Below, one piece after another: positions 27,485-41,500 of a DNA stretch of 64,000 nt (position 1 is its first letter; the number at the start of each line of letters is the position of its first letter). The DNA lies in assembly GCF_902652985.1 (NCBI RefSeq), contig NC_047015.1:3410001-3474000 (forward strand), in the 5' to 3' direction. Both the position numbers and the translations under genes were made by a program. The notes beneath the pieces are model-generated. The model searched no databases. It was not told where the DNA came from and saw only the letters and a program-made list of their open reading frames with translations. The stretch is from Pecten maximus. Its lineage: Eukaryota.

Positions 27485-27832
27485 GAAGAATATTTATCAA
27501 AATTAGTGGTACACATTATACAGAAGAATAAATTTATCAATATTAGTGGTACACATTATACAGAAGAATAAATTTATCAATATTAGTGGTACACATTATA
27601 CAGAAGAATAAATTTATCAATATTAGTGGTACACATTAAACAGAAGAATAAATTTATCAATATTAATGGTACACATTATACAGAAGAATAAATTTATCAA
27701 TATTAGTGGTACACATTATACAGAAGAATAAATTTATCAATATTAGTGGTACACATTATACAGAAGAATAAATTTATCAATATTAGTGGTACACATTATA
27801 CAGAAGAATAAATTTATCAATATTAGTGGTAC
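27485..27832. repeat. 40-bp minisatellite, left part
   Basis: Unit TATTAGTGGTACACATTATACAGAAGAATAAATTTATCAA, ~8.5 copies. Confidence 0.97.
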
Positions 27833-27839
27833 CTTACAT

Positions 27840-27927
27840 AATGCCATGGTGGTGCTCCGTTGGAGTCATCAGCCGAGTCCATCCTTCGTTGAATATTTCA
27901 ACCCCTAGATCGGAACACTCTCGGGAT

Positions 27928-27963
<36 letters not shown>

Positions 27964-28420
27964 CACAGTGGTGATCAGTCACTGTGCTCCAACGGTTGGC
28001 TTCCAGGTATTCTCTCTCTTCCTCCAAACCCAACTAGAGGCACGTTCAGCTGCTTGGTGCTTGGGCGAGCCTCTGTACTGCTCTTTTCCTTTCCAGGCCT
28101 GTCAGTCCTAGCGCGCTGAACGTCCTCCACACCGACTGTGCAGGGAAGCCCCTGCACCCAACATCCACAGGGAAGTTCAAAGTCTGCCGTCCCTGCTCCC
28201 GGCACTCCGCCAACAAGTCCTCATACTTGGCACGCTTCCTCTCGTTTGCTTGTACACACCTCTCTTCCCATGACACGGTCAGCTCTACTAGTAGTAGCTT
28301 CCTCTCTCCCCTAGACCACAGCACCGTGTCTAGTCTTAGGGATGACTGGACTACATGTTCGGAAAAGATGATTTTCCATGTAGATCCACTTCCATGGTCC
28401 AGTCGTTGGCATTGGCTTTT
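27840..28420 (-). mobile_element. 3' fragment of an RLE-type non-LTR retrotransposon (HERO/NeSL-like)
   Basis: SLRLDTVLWS...LVELTVSWEE...ERKRAKYEDL...FPVDVGCRGF matches the PD..(D/E)xK restriction-like endonuclease region. It is 5'-truncated and degenerate. Confidence 0.8.
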
Positions 28421-28960
28421 TGTTAAGGCTACAAAAAAAAAAAACCCAAAAAAACCTGTATTGTATATATAAGGCTATCTAGCAGTTATATTCAAAGAGT
28501 TATTAAAAAGGTTTTGGAAGTTTAGTTTGATGTTATATTTCAACCTTTCCATTCTTGTTAATTATACACTGTAACTAATTTACTTTGTAAATCCTTCAAC
28601 TAAGTTAAATTGTTCAAGCCAAGTTTCATTTATCTTTTGGTACTTTATATTTTGTATTGATTGATCAGTTATATATGTTACATGTTTAATTCCAGTAATT
28701 TTGTTTTCATCACATGATTTAATAAAACATTTGAAAACAATTATCGTTACTTGAACATTTTCAATTTGATACAATTAATTTATACTGTAGTTTAATTTCA
28801 GACTAAATTAAGCAGCATATTAATAATTTCTTTTTTGATGTGATATTATGCTTATTAAAACCTAATTCAGATTATAGATATTTTTTTTTTTTTTTTGCCA
28901 ATCATCAAAAAATAATTAATTTTTATAAACATTTTTCTTCACAATAAAGATATTCAATAA

Positions 28961-29458
28961 ATAGAGGTTACACAACGAGTGGTTGTTGGATATGGAATTT
29001 ATTTCACACGAGTAAGTTATTTTTTAAAAGTTACAAAAGACACGAGCTTTTGCCAGTGTTTTTTGCAACTTTTAAAAAATAACTTACGAGTGTGAAATAA
29101 ATTCCATATCCAACAACCACTTTGTATGATTCGCAAAAAAAAAAAAAAAATATCTATAATTTTTTGAAAAACATTCACAGGTAGATATTATATATATGGG
29201 TAGTGTTAGATGGTAATTACAGGTAGGTAGGAGCTTGACACAGCATGCTATAAATGGACCCCTGGGGGATAATTGGGGACTTGACAAAACTATAGCCAGG
29301 TGTTAAAACAGGCACACCTTAAGACTGATCCTCATCTGATACATATATATAGGTAAGGTGTTATGGGGGTCCATAAGGTGGTGGTGAGGTGGGGTTCGGG
29401 CCCTGGGGCCCAGGTGGCCATTACAATAGGCATGTCCTGAGAGTACCAATTATAGATA
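28961..29458 (+). mobile_element. Non-autonomous Crypton-type element abutting the autonomous Crypton
   Basis: Hairpin 28979-29120 with a GA/GA mismatch. TATCTATAATT (29151-29161) pairs with AATTATAGATA (29448-29458). Confidence 0.65.
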
Positions 29459-29611
29459 CAGGTACATAATTTTATTTCATCTGTTACACTCATTATCATT
29501 GGTTGGAAAATTAAGGTTATTTCTTCATAGCCCGAAAAAAATTACGTCATTTTTTATGACGTAATACACGTAGAACTACTTTTGACGTCGTCTGCTTGCA
29601 ATATTATCAAT

Positions 29612-31383
29612 ATGTCGTTCAACGTCGGCAATCCTGATGATATTTTCGGATTGGATATCGAACAGAACCATTATAAACCCATCGGAGATACCGAACTCGA
29701 TGCAATATTATCATTTTTTGGATCTGCTTCTGATGACATTTCCCCTCAAAAAGCCAATCGGGAAATGAACGAGACACTTGAAGACTGTCAGCTGTCTATG
29801 CCTACTCCATACACACAACCGAAACGCTTTCCAGAGCTCCATGAATCCAGTTTGCAAGAGATAGAGAAAAATCGACAGGCCAAAGCGACGAAGAAAAATA
29901 CCAAATGGGGATTGAAAGTGTTTCAAGGTAAATTATAGATTATTCCATCATTCATAGCTGAAATTTATTCCATTTCAAAGAAATTTTAATCGAAATTTTG
30001 ATTACACAGACCAGGAATTGAACCTGGATCCCTCGGACATGAAGCCCGAGTACTCTACATTGAGCTACCTGTGTCTAAAATTTCATAAACAATCTTTAGA
30101 TCTATAGGCTACGCTATGTCCCGATTACAATTTTAATATGATTTTTTTTACATAAAGCAACTAATGTCTCAGCGAAAAAGCTTATAGGCCATTTTTCATT
30201 TTTTAAAGCATGGAGCACGGAGAGGTACGGAGAAGAAATCGATTTCGGTACAATAGACACTGGCAATTTAAATGACAAGTTGAGGGTGTTTTATGCTGAA
30301 GCAACACCGAAGAACCCAGAAAAGAGAGAAAAAGAAATGACATCCGATCAGGCCAGGGAGTACCATAAAAATTCAATGAAGAGCATAAGGGGAGCCCTGA
30401 ATAGACATATAAAAGATGTAGGTCGGGATATGGACATTGTCCGGGACAAGGATTTTCGTTCGGCGAACAACATGTTGGATGGCAAATTAAAACAGAATAT
30501 CGTGGAAGGAAAATCGCGTCCAACACAACATAAAACCATCATCGAAAATGATGGCTTAATTAAGATCGGCACTTACCTTCATCAGAATGTAAATCCAGTA
30601 ATCCTCAGACTTAGAGTCTGGTACGACCTATCGATACACTTTGTCTCACGTGGCCTAGAATTCCATTCCCAATTAACACCTGAATCCTTCACATTTCACA
30701 CTGACGCAGATAGCACAGAATATGTCACTCTGTCGCACGAAACAAAACAAAAAAATCGCCAGGGTGGTCTTACTAGCATTGACGCATCGTCCGACAAAAG
30801 AATGTATGCCACTGGAAATATCCGTTGTCCTGTACAGTCGCTTAAACTTTTTCTACGAAAAACACCTTCTGATGCGAAACATCTATTCAATCACTGTGAC
30901 AAAGACGCAATGAATCATCCAGAATCATTTGAATGTTGGTACACTAAAACACCAGTTAAACAGTACCAGTTCGCGAGATTCATGGCGGATATTTCCAAAA
31001 ACGCCATTTGTTCAAATACGTACACCGCCCATTGTTTACGGGCCACTAGTATCTCCAAACTGAGTGAAGCTGACGTTGAACTCAGACACATTATGTACTA
31101 TTCAGGTCACCGTAACGAAAGCTCTATCAGAAGCTACAGTCGGGATTGTTCTGCAAACCAAAAACGTGTAATCAGCAACACTTTAGCTTCGCTAACCAAT
31201 CAAAACTGCGACCATAATCAAAATGGCGTAGGCCCACTTGCCGCCGCGGAAAAATACAACTTGCCTTTGATACCGTCCAACTCATTACCGATGACATACG
31301 CCTCCTCGAGTAGCAATGTTCTGTCGTCAGGGCTGTTTTCAAACTCATCTTTCAATAACTGTGTGTTTAATTTTCCTCACTAG
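29612..31383 (+). CDS. Crypton tyrosine recombinase (DUF3504/ZMYM-KCTD1-related YR domain), 2 exons
   Basis: Exon 1 is 29612-29927 (RFPEL...ATKKNTKWGLKVFQ). A GT-AG intron spans 29928-30208. Exon 2 (30209-31383) joins in frame as FQAWSTER. Candidate catalytic residues: R (VSRG), HxxR (HCLR), H (SGH) and Y (RSY). Confidence 0.92.
30005..30070 (-). pseudogene. tRNA-like sequence in the Crypton intron (related copies at ~20172-20235 and ~43258-43320)
   Basis: Minus strand GGTAGCTCAATGTAGAG...GGTTCAATTCC with A box, B box and an anticodon-like stem. There is no good acceptor stem. Confidence 0.55.
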
Positions 31384-32582
31384 GCTCCTACATAAACATT
31401 CCAGTGACTGATTTGTTAGTCTAGTCTACATCACCGTGAGTGACTGATGACTGGGCTGTCAATGGACTAGTGCGAACTGGATCAAACCGGATCGGCATGA
31501 TCGTTTTCGCGGGAAATTTTAAAAGCGGCACAGTTATTGGCCTAAATGAACTGCTGGTTTGCTATTAATGCGCCGCACATAAATCTATTAATTTGTTGAA
31601 ATAAATTGAATAAATGATGGTTTATGTCTTATAAGCATTGTTTTTAGTTATTAAACTAAAATTATAAGCATTATTCTCAATTTTTTTGGGGTTTATGAAG
31701 TCATAGACAAAAAAACGGAGGGGCATTCTTTTTCATAGACGCTTCGCGTCTATGAAGAATGCCCCTCCGTTTTTTTGTCTATGACTTCATAAACCAAAAA
31801 AAAATTGAGAATAATGCTTAAATGTTCATAACTTTTTGTGTAGATATTATATGTCTCTTACAGAACATAAATGAGAATATACGAAACTTCTGATTCTTGA
31901 TTATGTGCTTTGAAATGATTTCATGGTTGAATTAACAGATATTAGTGATGTAACAATACATTAAATTTAAAGATATTTTTGTCTGATAAATTAATAAATA
32001 TTAAAATATATGTACATATACAGTGTACTTGAAAAAAATCTAGAAACAGTCATCAAGGCCTAAGGTAGAATTAATCAATGATATAAAATGTATATTAATT
32101 ACATCTAAAAAATAAAAAATAAATGAAAAGCATCACAATTTTGAAATCAGGAAAATAAACCTTAATTTTACACTATAATGAAATCTTTTAAAAAAAATAG
32201 TGATAGGAAAACCCACAAATCCAATTGATAGAGTTTAAATTCCTCTTGTGCAATATAAGAACCGCAGTTATTTTGAGTTAATATTAGATAAAATTTTATC
32301 AACATTTGAATATACATTTTGTACCTGGTAAAGTCAGGATGACAGATATAAGGCAGTCAATTTACACAGGTCTGTATATGTAATAACTACAGGTATCTAA
32401 CACAGGTGTCAAGTGGCACTATCCATTACCTGTATCGGGGGATTTGTGGTCACACCTGACTGGACGTAGTGCACTACTAGTTTACCTGTAGCTTAAATGT
32501 AGTGCACTACTAGTTTAAATGTAGTGCACAGGAGTGCATTAGGAGTGCACTAGGGTGTAAAGGTTAGCTTACACTCAACTGC

Positions 32583-32873
32583 ACACATTATACAGAAGAA
32601 TAAATTTATCAATATCAGTGGTACACATTATACCGAATAATAAATTTATCAATATCAGTGGTACACATTATACCGAATAATAAATTTATCAATATAAGTG
32701 GTACACATTAAACAGAAGAATAAATTTATCAATATTATGGGTACACATTATAAAGAAGAATTATCAATATTAGTGGTACACATTATACAGAAGAATAAAT
32801 TTATCAATACTAGAGGTACACATAAAACAGAAGAATAAATTTATCAGTACGAGTGGTACACATTATATAGAAG
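32583..32873. repeat. 40-bp minisatellite, right part (same unit as 27485-27832)
   Basis: ACACATTATACAGAAGAATAAATTTATCAATATCAGTGGT repeats, ~7 copies, more diverged than the left part. Confidence 0.95.
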
Positions 32874-35716
32874 AGTATAGAGATTATAGTGATCAAGATT
32901 TAATATACCTACATTATATGTATCTATGATTTACGTTTATCCAACTGTCTCCGATAGTCAATATAAGTTGGACGTTCAAATTTATAGTGTTTTTGCACCT
33001 ACATTCTGCTGATTCGCTCAGAAAAATAGCATAATAATCCTAGTGTCTTGGTTAAACTCGCTTTAATGTACAGAATATAGTTTGCCCAAATTTGGTCAGA
33101 ATGGTCAGAGGCATAATTTGGTGAAGGGGAATAAATTTTGCATAAATGGTTATTCTGGTCCCCAAAGGGCCGGAGTGGTAAGTTTCCATTGGGGAAGTAG
33201 AAGCAGGGACGTATCATATGTTATTATTATATGTCCCTGGTAGAAGTAAGTCCTTTAAATCACTACTAGTAGTTGTGAACCGGTACAACGACTCACAGAA
33301 AACGGATCTATCCGGGTGGTCGATACAGGCCCGTTAGGTCTTTGTTTAAATAAAAGAAATAACCTTTAGTCTAGTTAAAAAAATTTCATTCGTTTATTTT
33401 ATTTCCATTTTTCCAATATACATTATTTTTAATTTCATAGTAATGAACAACGTGTATGATGGGGGTGTGTTTGAAAGAGTTATCTTTCTTTGTGTGGTCT
33501 CTGTTATTATTTGAGGTCAAGGATTTTCACTGAGCAACGATTGACCAATCACCGCTTCTAATTACATTCGGACTACATTAAATATTTAATAGCTTCGTTG
33601 ATTTATTTTCTTATGTTCTTTCCATATATTATTTAATTTCAAGATGAATATAAACTATGTGATAGAAATACATATTACTATTTATTCGTTACAACTTGTC
33701 GGAATAAATTTCTTAAAAATCATTGCGGAATAATATTGTTTACATTGGATGCGTGATAGGGTTACTAAGAGTCGCCATGTTTAAACAATATGGCGGAACG
33801 TGTGTGGGAAATAACGTAACATCATGATATTACTCCAAGCAGTAGGTATGTAAACACTTTAGATTGATGTTTTGCATTATTGAATTAGATCAGCAGAAAA
33901 TGGGTTTAAAACGACGTTCTGACATGTAAATGTTTCCAAAGAATCCAGGAGTCGTTCAAAAAGAACACGAAAGTACAAGTTATAGACTAACACACAACAG
34001 TAACGTTAAGTAGGCCTACTGTACATTACTGAATTGAGTATAGGTCTACTACAGCGTGTAATATTCCGTGTATGTGTGTATCTGTACTTTAGTCTTCATG
34101 CTTTTAAATGGGATGTTTGTGATTGGGAATGATCTGAAGGTTGTAAGCGTACATATTATATGTTGATTACCTGCAAATTGTGTTGAACATTTCATGACCC
34201 GAAATGTTACTGTACAGTGGAGTAGGGTTTGGAGTGGAATTTGATAACGTGTTCAGATTAGATGACCTAAAGTATTTCATTGTTATATGTACCATACTTT
34301 CAATGTATGTAAATTTTGTCAAAATATGTAATGGATATCTTTCTCACAGTGTCCGAACAGTTCATATATGGCATTGTACATGTAGTTCCCAAGAAAGAAA
34401 TTGGTCACTTCTTTGAATAGTAGGATATTTTCCATGCTCATAGAAGACGTATAGTAGTGCATGCATACAAATGACACTCGTGGACTTCAAGGCACACCTT
34501 TTACCCATAGTCATTGAAGCACTTTCATAAACTGTCGTACATATACACAGTTTTTAACTGTCTAACATCCATCCTACTGTAAAAAAAAATCACTGTAAGT
34601 AACCCTCCCCGCCCAATCACAAATTGCGCAAGTCAAAATCATCAGTTCTTTGATGACAACTCTGCAACCATAAGAAGAAGACATCCTGGCCTTTTCGTCT
34701 CATCATTTTGGGAAGAAAATTGGTGAATTGGAAAAGTTGACAAATATGAAATAATTTCAATTGGGAATGGGGCCATTCAGTGATACATGTACTTCCTACA
34801 TGGAAAAGATCACTGGCATAACAAAGATATATAAAATAATTCATCAAAATCAGGAAATTACACTATTTCAATATAACATTCACAAAATGTGCCTGCAATT
34901 AAAGTGTATATATGTATATCAACTATTTCCCACTTGAATAGGGCAATGAAGTCTTAACTCTGACTTTAAAATAACTTTGGTTACTTCACTATGAAAGTAA
35001 GACAGGTCTTTCACTTCCCTTTTGGCTTTTAAAGGGAAGATAAAACATTATGCCATATACTATAGACGTATACGTATATGCACATTCCTTCAAAGCCAAG
35101 AGACAAAACTGTATCTCAAATAATGAAAGCCGACTTACTTCAGGATAATTAGAGTTGACTAGATACCTTGTTACATTATATAAGGTAAAGTTTCCTTCCT
35201 TATAGTGGTAATACAATGTATGTAATTTGCTACCAATCCCTGACATTGTTAAATCCAGATATAATACTATAACACAATCATATTAACCACATGTATGGGG
35301 GCCTCCTGCAGACTTGTTTCTCTGTCCTTTTTATGGTATTAAGTCACACAGCTATTCTGAAATCATGAAAACTGGTCTGCTGGAACACATTGGATTTCTC
35401 TTTTGTTTATATTTATCTAAATGTACCTTTAGGAAGTCCTTTATTGTATACATGTAACACCACTGTCATCACATAGTTCTCAAATGTCTTTGATAGCATT
35501 AAATATTAAAGTTAATACAATACTGTATTGTATATATATATATTCAATGGTTCATTATAACAGAAATACAGACTGATTATTACAGAGTTATTGATGGGAA
35601 AATCTCAGCTATCCCAGTCATATGGTCACCCACAAGGGTATATATATATACAGCATAATAATTCTATACAAAAGTTTGTGCCAATTTCAGGTAAATTTCA
35701 TAGACAGGGATCCAGA

Positions 35717-35754
<38 letters not shown>

Positions 35755-37222
35755 AAAAATTGGCAAGTGACCATTTATTTGCAAGAAATGAATCTAAGAA
35801 TTTCATCAGAACACAACAGTTCATTCCAGAAAAAAAATTATATGCCCCCTTCCTCCCCAGCCCAAATCCTGGATAATAGTCGCCTTCCCTAGCTGACATG
35901 CATAGCAGACATGTTAATTGCTGATACTATGTGACAGCTTTGAAGGCAATAATTTGAATAAATCTGATTATTTTAAGTTGTAGGTCCAAGGTTGCAGGTT
36001 GTTATAATTTAGTGTCCTATTAAAGTTTACATGAACAATTAAGTACTCCAAACCACACCCACTACAATATAAATTGTTCATTTGTCAGTTACACAAGAAA
36101 CAACCATCCATTTGTGATTAGCTTACTCATTTCAGTAAGAATACTTTGCCTGACATGTTAACTATATATCAGAGTGCTCTCTAGATTTATGATGATAACT
36201 ATATATCAGAGTGCTCTCTAGATTTACGATGAAGCCATGGTAAACAATCAAAATCTGTTGAAGGCTATGTACATTATATCCCACATAATTCATTGTAACT
36301 TAGTTAGATAGTACAATGAAGAAGTGGCAGTATATATAAATACATGTACATAAAGAAACACTCGACAACTCGTCTTCAGCGCTTTTGTCGCATCTTGGCG
36401 ATTCTTCAGACTATATTATGAAATGAAAATGAATATTTCGTATACCAATTGTGACACTCGTAGCAGGAAGCAAAGTGTTTCACCATATTTCTTTCTTTTA
36501 AAATAATCAATTCACTTGAACCTTTTAAAACATTGTCAGAAAATAGTTACAGAACTAAATTTTTAGAAATTAAAATATTGAAGGCTTATATGAAAACATA
36601 TATGAGTGCCTTAAAATCAGTCAACATTCATTACATCAGTGATTCACGAAGAGGTTGGTATTTTAGGCCACCTTATAGCTATAGGAAGTCTTTGGTAAGG
36701 TCAAATTGACTGAAATATCAAAAATCTTCTTCTCAAAATACAGATATGGTGGAATCAAATACTCTTCATTGATGGTATTGTCTTAGGGTACTTTACCCAA
36801 ATGTCAAGGTCATTGAGTCATCTGTCAAGGTGACTTGGTCATCTATCAAGGTCAAGGTTAAAAGTGTATAATTTTACTGATTTTAATAATTTATTATAAT
36901 ACAATGAAACTAGTTGGTCTGAATTAAATAAGAAGTCACCTGACCACCAGTCAAGGTCACAGGGTCAGAGGTCAAGGTCACTTCAAATGTCAAGTTAAAA
37001 TTTTGTATTTTTCACTAATGAACATTTTGTAATGACATTTTGTTTAGAATCAAACATATATTAAGCTGAGTGAAAGTCAAGTTCACTGGGTCAAAAGTAA
37101 AGGTAAAATTTTGTATCTTTTTATAGATGAATATTTCGTTATGACATGATGAATTATATCAGAACTAAGGTTGCCTTTAGGGCCCATATAGGCCCCTTGT
37201 TAAATTAGTAGCCTGTTCTTTG

Positions 37223-37263
37223 ACGATGTCGTTAGCTTAACGATAGTTTTGAACAACCGGGCC
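37223..37263 (-). mobile_element. Isolated 41-bp Harbinger terminus identical to 22270-22310
   Basis: ACGATGTCGTTAGCTTAACGATAGTTTTGAACAACCGGGCC followed by CTGGACG. Confidence 0.85.
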
Positions 37264-38557
37264 CTGGACGTTACATTGAAAGAAGAACAGAAAACGATTA
37301 GGCCTATATATTGTCTTGTCGACAGGACGGACTGTGTTGCCAACTGGATTTTGAAAACCGTTACCATACACGTTATTCCCTTTCAAACTAACTTTTTACA
37401 CGACGCTGCTGTCTTCACTCTCTCTGTCTCTCTGTCTCTGTCTCTGTCTCTGTCTCTCTGTCTCTGTCTCTGTCTCTGTCGTTCTCTCTTACTCGCAAAA
37501 CCATGCTTATGGGGAATTAGGCAAACTCCGTGGTTATGGGGAGTGGCATTTCCCGCTTCATTACCGCTTCAAGGATAACACTTATTAATTCCATGCGCTA
37601 GATTTGACGGTTTCACTCAACACATTTCTTAAGTAGCTGCCAATAAATGAAGTTATGTGTGTGTGCTAATTATCCAGTCAGTATGTGTCAGAGTATTGAA
37701 CAGAAACCATTTAAATTTAAAAAAAAAAAAAATGATTTTAAATTTTGGCGGGAAAAGAATAAACTTATCGGCCAATGAGGTGGTGTTTCACCTGAACCAA
37801 GTTCCTTAAAGTTATAATCTGCTGATGTTTGTGTGGATTTATTTGAGGAATTAACGTTTGAATTAGGTTCTTCATTGATACAAGAATGAAGAGTTATAGC
37901 TAAAGATTCGGAAAACAAATACATACGTTCCTATTAAAAATAGAATGTGTATAGTAATTAATGCGCGAGGTGCAAACAGGAAGGAATTCCCCATCTGGGG
38001 TTTCCCAGCCCACTGTTCAGGTCAAATCACTGCTCGAAGGGAGTGAACGACCCTTCACCCCCCGTCCCCCCCACCCCCTCCCAGCCCGGCATATTCACAT
38101 TCTTGTGAGTGTGTATGTCGGGGGAGGGGGTGGGGATGGTTGGGGGGTGGGGGTGGGGGGGGGGGGAGGGTGGTATGTTAAATATTCTCATTCTGTGCTT
38201 TAATAGGGATGTATACTTAGGTTTCTCTCTTAATATGCCTATTTATGGGGAATAATTATCACTGCTATTAGGTTTGTGGGGAAGTCGTAATTATCTCTCT
38301 ATAAAGTCGTCTTGTGGGGAATATTACCCATAATCATTCAAGCCCACTTCTACGGCAGTGTGAGAGAATGTTTGCTAGTTGTTCTAAAATAGCACATTTT
38401 CAACTTTTGGCGGCAACTTACACATTTTCGCATCCGGATTCTTTTCAAATAGTGCTTGGATTTATGGGGAATCAGAGGAATCCCCATAAAACCGATTATT
38501 ACCCACAATGTTGGTCAAACGTCTAATTATATTCCCCATAGGCATGGTATTGCGAGT

Positions 38558-38593
<36 letters not shown>

Positions 38594-41500
38594 AAATGAT
38601 TCGCTGCTGTGAGCTGGCCAAGGCATTATATGCTAATGTTATTTAGATATATTTCCCTACAATTTTTCCAAAACATGATGTGAGAGATATGGGTTTATAG
38701 TTTGATACATCATTTGATAAACACTTTTCTTTATAAACAACATTTTATTTTCAAACAAAAGGAACAAACCCTGTTGATTCGTTTTACTGAATAATTTAGT
38801 AACAGGAAGAATAGTATACAATCAGACAATCTGATATCTTGTTGTGGTATTGTTTTGTTTTCCATAGAATATGGAGGACTATTTATGATGTCTTTTAAAG
38901 GAAATGACTGCAGACAAATGCATGTATCAACAGCATTAAATATGGTAGTTGTCAGAAAATCACACGTCAATTGTTAGTAGTGGTAATACATCAGTAGTTT
39001 TTCTTCCTTTCAGTAATAGCCTTAATAATTCCCAGTAGGTTTTACTTTTTACCAGAATAGAGTCTATACTTTTACGTTACTTATTTATTCGATACGGAAT
39101 TCCCTAGCAACTGTCTCTGATAACGGGGTACAGTTTTCCTCGGAGGAATTTGGCCATAAAACATTTCAATTCGTCTCCGTACCACCCGCTATCAAACGGT
39201 CAAAAACAAAGGTTTGTCCAAACCCTTCAAGGAGTTGGCCAATGAAAAGACCGTTCCTTACGACAAAAACTCTGTGTATGCTTATTTCGATACAAAACAA
39301 TATCACATTATCTAACCAATGAAACGTCCGCTTAGCTCCTATTTGGACGGAATTTCGGGACAAAGGTGAACATTATGAACCAGATGTATCTAGTAAGACA
39401 CCCGCTCGTATGCAATTATCTAAGCTTACAGGGAACATTGTTCGTTCGCTGTCTCCTGGACAGAATGTCAACGTTTTTTGGTCCAAGTGTTATCGAAAGT
39501 AAAACTGGAACACTATCGTACAAGGTCAAGGTCGGAAAGGGAACCTTGTGGGGACACCGCCGAGTCCGACGGAAGCAGTAGCAACACTGGAACTATTATT
39601 TTCAGTTTACACAAACAATACTTATGTTCCTCTTGGTCAGTTCCAGAACACCCAAACCCAAGTTAAATGTACACAGAAGGTGACATCCGTCCCTAGTAGT
39701 AGAATCGGACCCAGAACCATAACTCTACAGCTGTCTCAACAGGTAGGACCTCGATATCCTAGGAGGGAGGACAGACAGGCTCCAACAAAACTGAACTTGT
39801 ACATAAAGTTTTCCGCGAATTCTGTCGTTAGTTATTGATTACACTGTGGTCACTGGCATAATGATCCCTGTGTAATCAATCAGACTCGGGTTCTGTAGTT
39901 AGGTGATTCTCTGAGTGTATTATTGTTAGGTTTTTTCAACATGCGATTACGTTTTAAGTTCGATAATGTTTAGTGCCCGTTAAACTTTTTTAGTTAACAG
40001 TCAAGTTTAGTAGTCATTTCACTGCAGAGACAGTACCTAGCAGCATTTATGTGAAAATTCATATCATGTACAATAGACAAATGATTACAAGACTTTTATT
40101 TCAAAAATTGTGAACTTTACTTGGAGTCTAAGAACTTGGATGTCCAATTCTAGTAACAACAAAGTTTTGACAGGGAGGATTATCGTGTATGTTCTTAATT
40201 ATACACATTAAAGCAACTATGATTGTTAAAATCACTGATAGAAAATATTACCAGATGTAATATTTCTAAAGAACAAATTTAAGACTTTCCCTAATTTACA
40301 AAAATTAAAAGAGTTCGCAACCGTACAGAACATTACAATTCGGTAGGGCCTACAAGAATGTTATGGTATCGCTCATTAGCAGAATGCCGTGTACCATTCT
40401 TTACAAGCAACCAAATTAAACGGCGTTTTTAAACTCAAGAACATGCAGCAGTGTCCATTTTTCGTCGGTATAGGCTCGTGCATAGGAATATCTTGAACTC
40501 CTGTCACTATTTATATGAAGAAATCTTCATTTGTAGTCGTTTTAATGAGTACGAAATCTTCAGTTATAGTCGCTTTAATGAGTACGAAATCTACAGTTAT
40601 AGTCGCTTTAATACAGCTGTAGTAAGTAGGATACTGATCACCATGAATAACATGATGTTTCTAATTGTACATCAGACTTTGTTATTGTCCGTACCCATTT
40701 GTGTACAATAGCTATCCTTGTAATATTGTATTCATTAGACTAAGAGTGACCACTTAGTCTCACCGATTTCGTCGAAACAAAAGATTTTTTGTTTGGAAGT
40801 TAAAACATATTTTGACAATTTTTGTGCAATGCTTCAACATAGTTAATATACTTGGTATGTATAATTCGATCTGCTGGGATGGGAAGAAGGCTATCTTTAT
40901 TAAATCTCTTTCACTACGTTATACTATGATAACATGCAACTTTGGTTTTTTGTTGCATCGAATATCATACACTATCATAAAGGGATACTTAGTCGTGTAG
41001 TTATATTAATAAATCCTTTCGTTGTTTTCCGAGAATTACAAGGGCTGCTTTTTGAAAACATGCATGATTCATGCTTATCAACAGAAGACATCATGTCAGC
41101 GCACACGCAGCTTTGTTAAAAGTCTGCAGATAATCGATATTCAAATGCTCTTTTCCAATTGCAGACCAGCAGCGAACACCAAAACGAAAACAGAGACTCA
41201 GAAATCTACTGTGGTTGGCTGACAAAATATATCCGATTAAAGGGAGCTCAGTATTAACCAAAACCCCCGACATCCGGGGGAAAGGAATTGCTGGATCCCC
41301 TGTCCACGGTAAGTTGTGTGATGTACAGTCAGACAGAGACTCGGTTTGTGTGTGGATTCTTGTGTCCTATCGATCATTATAGTGTGTACAATGTTGTTAT
41401 ATTGGTACCAGCAGAGGTATCTGTGTCTGGTCAGTACTATGCTAAATCGGACCGATCAGAATTTGATTATATAACTATAATGGCTTTGTAAATCAAGAAT

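Larger units (their letters stand above)
29466..31820 (+). mobile_element. Autonomous Crypton (tyrosine-recombinase DNA transposon)
   Basis: The YR gene is bounded by a 12/14 inverted pair (29466-29479 and 31652-31665) and a near-perfect 156-nt hairpin (31665-31820) with loop GCTTCGC (GCGAAGC on the minus strand). The left boundary is tentative. Confidence 0.75.

Noticed and set aside
23300-27832. Regular 32/40/64-bp repeats as CRISPR arrays
   Set aside because: They are head-to-tail tandem units with no unique spacers, no cas genes and a eukaryotic context.
27927-27962. Poly-G (and poly-C at ~35719-35752) giving poly-Gly/Pro ORFs or G-quadruplexes
   Set aside because: They are simple homopolymers of unreliable length with no supporting coding context.
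30005-30070. Functional tRNA-Sec or opal suppressor (TCA in the anticodon-like loop)
   Set aside because: It has no proper acceptor stem, no long variable arm and a pyrimidine at position 37. It is better explained as a degenerate tRNA-derived sequence.
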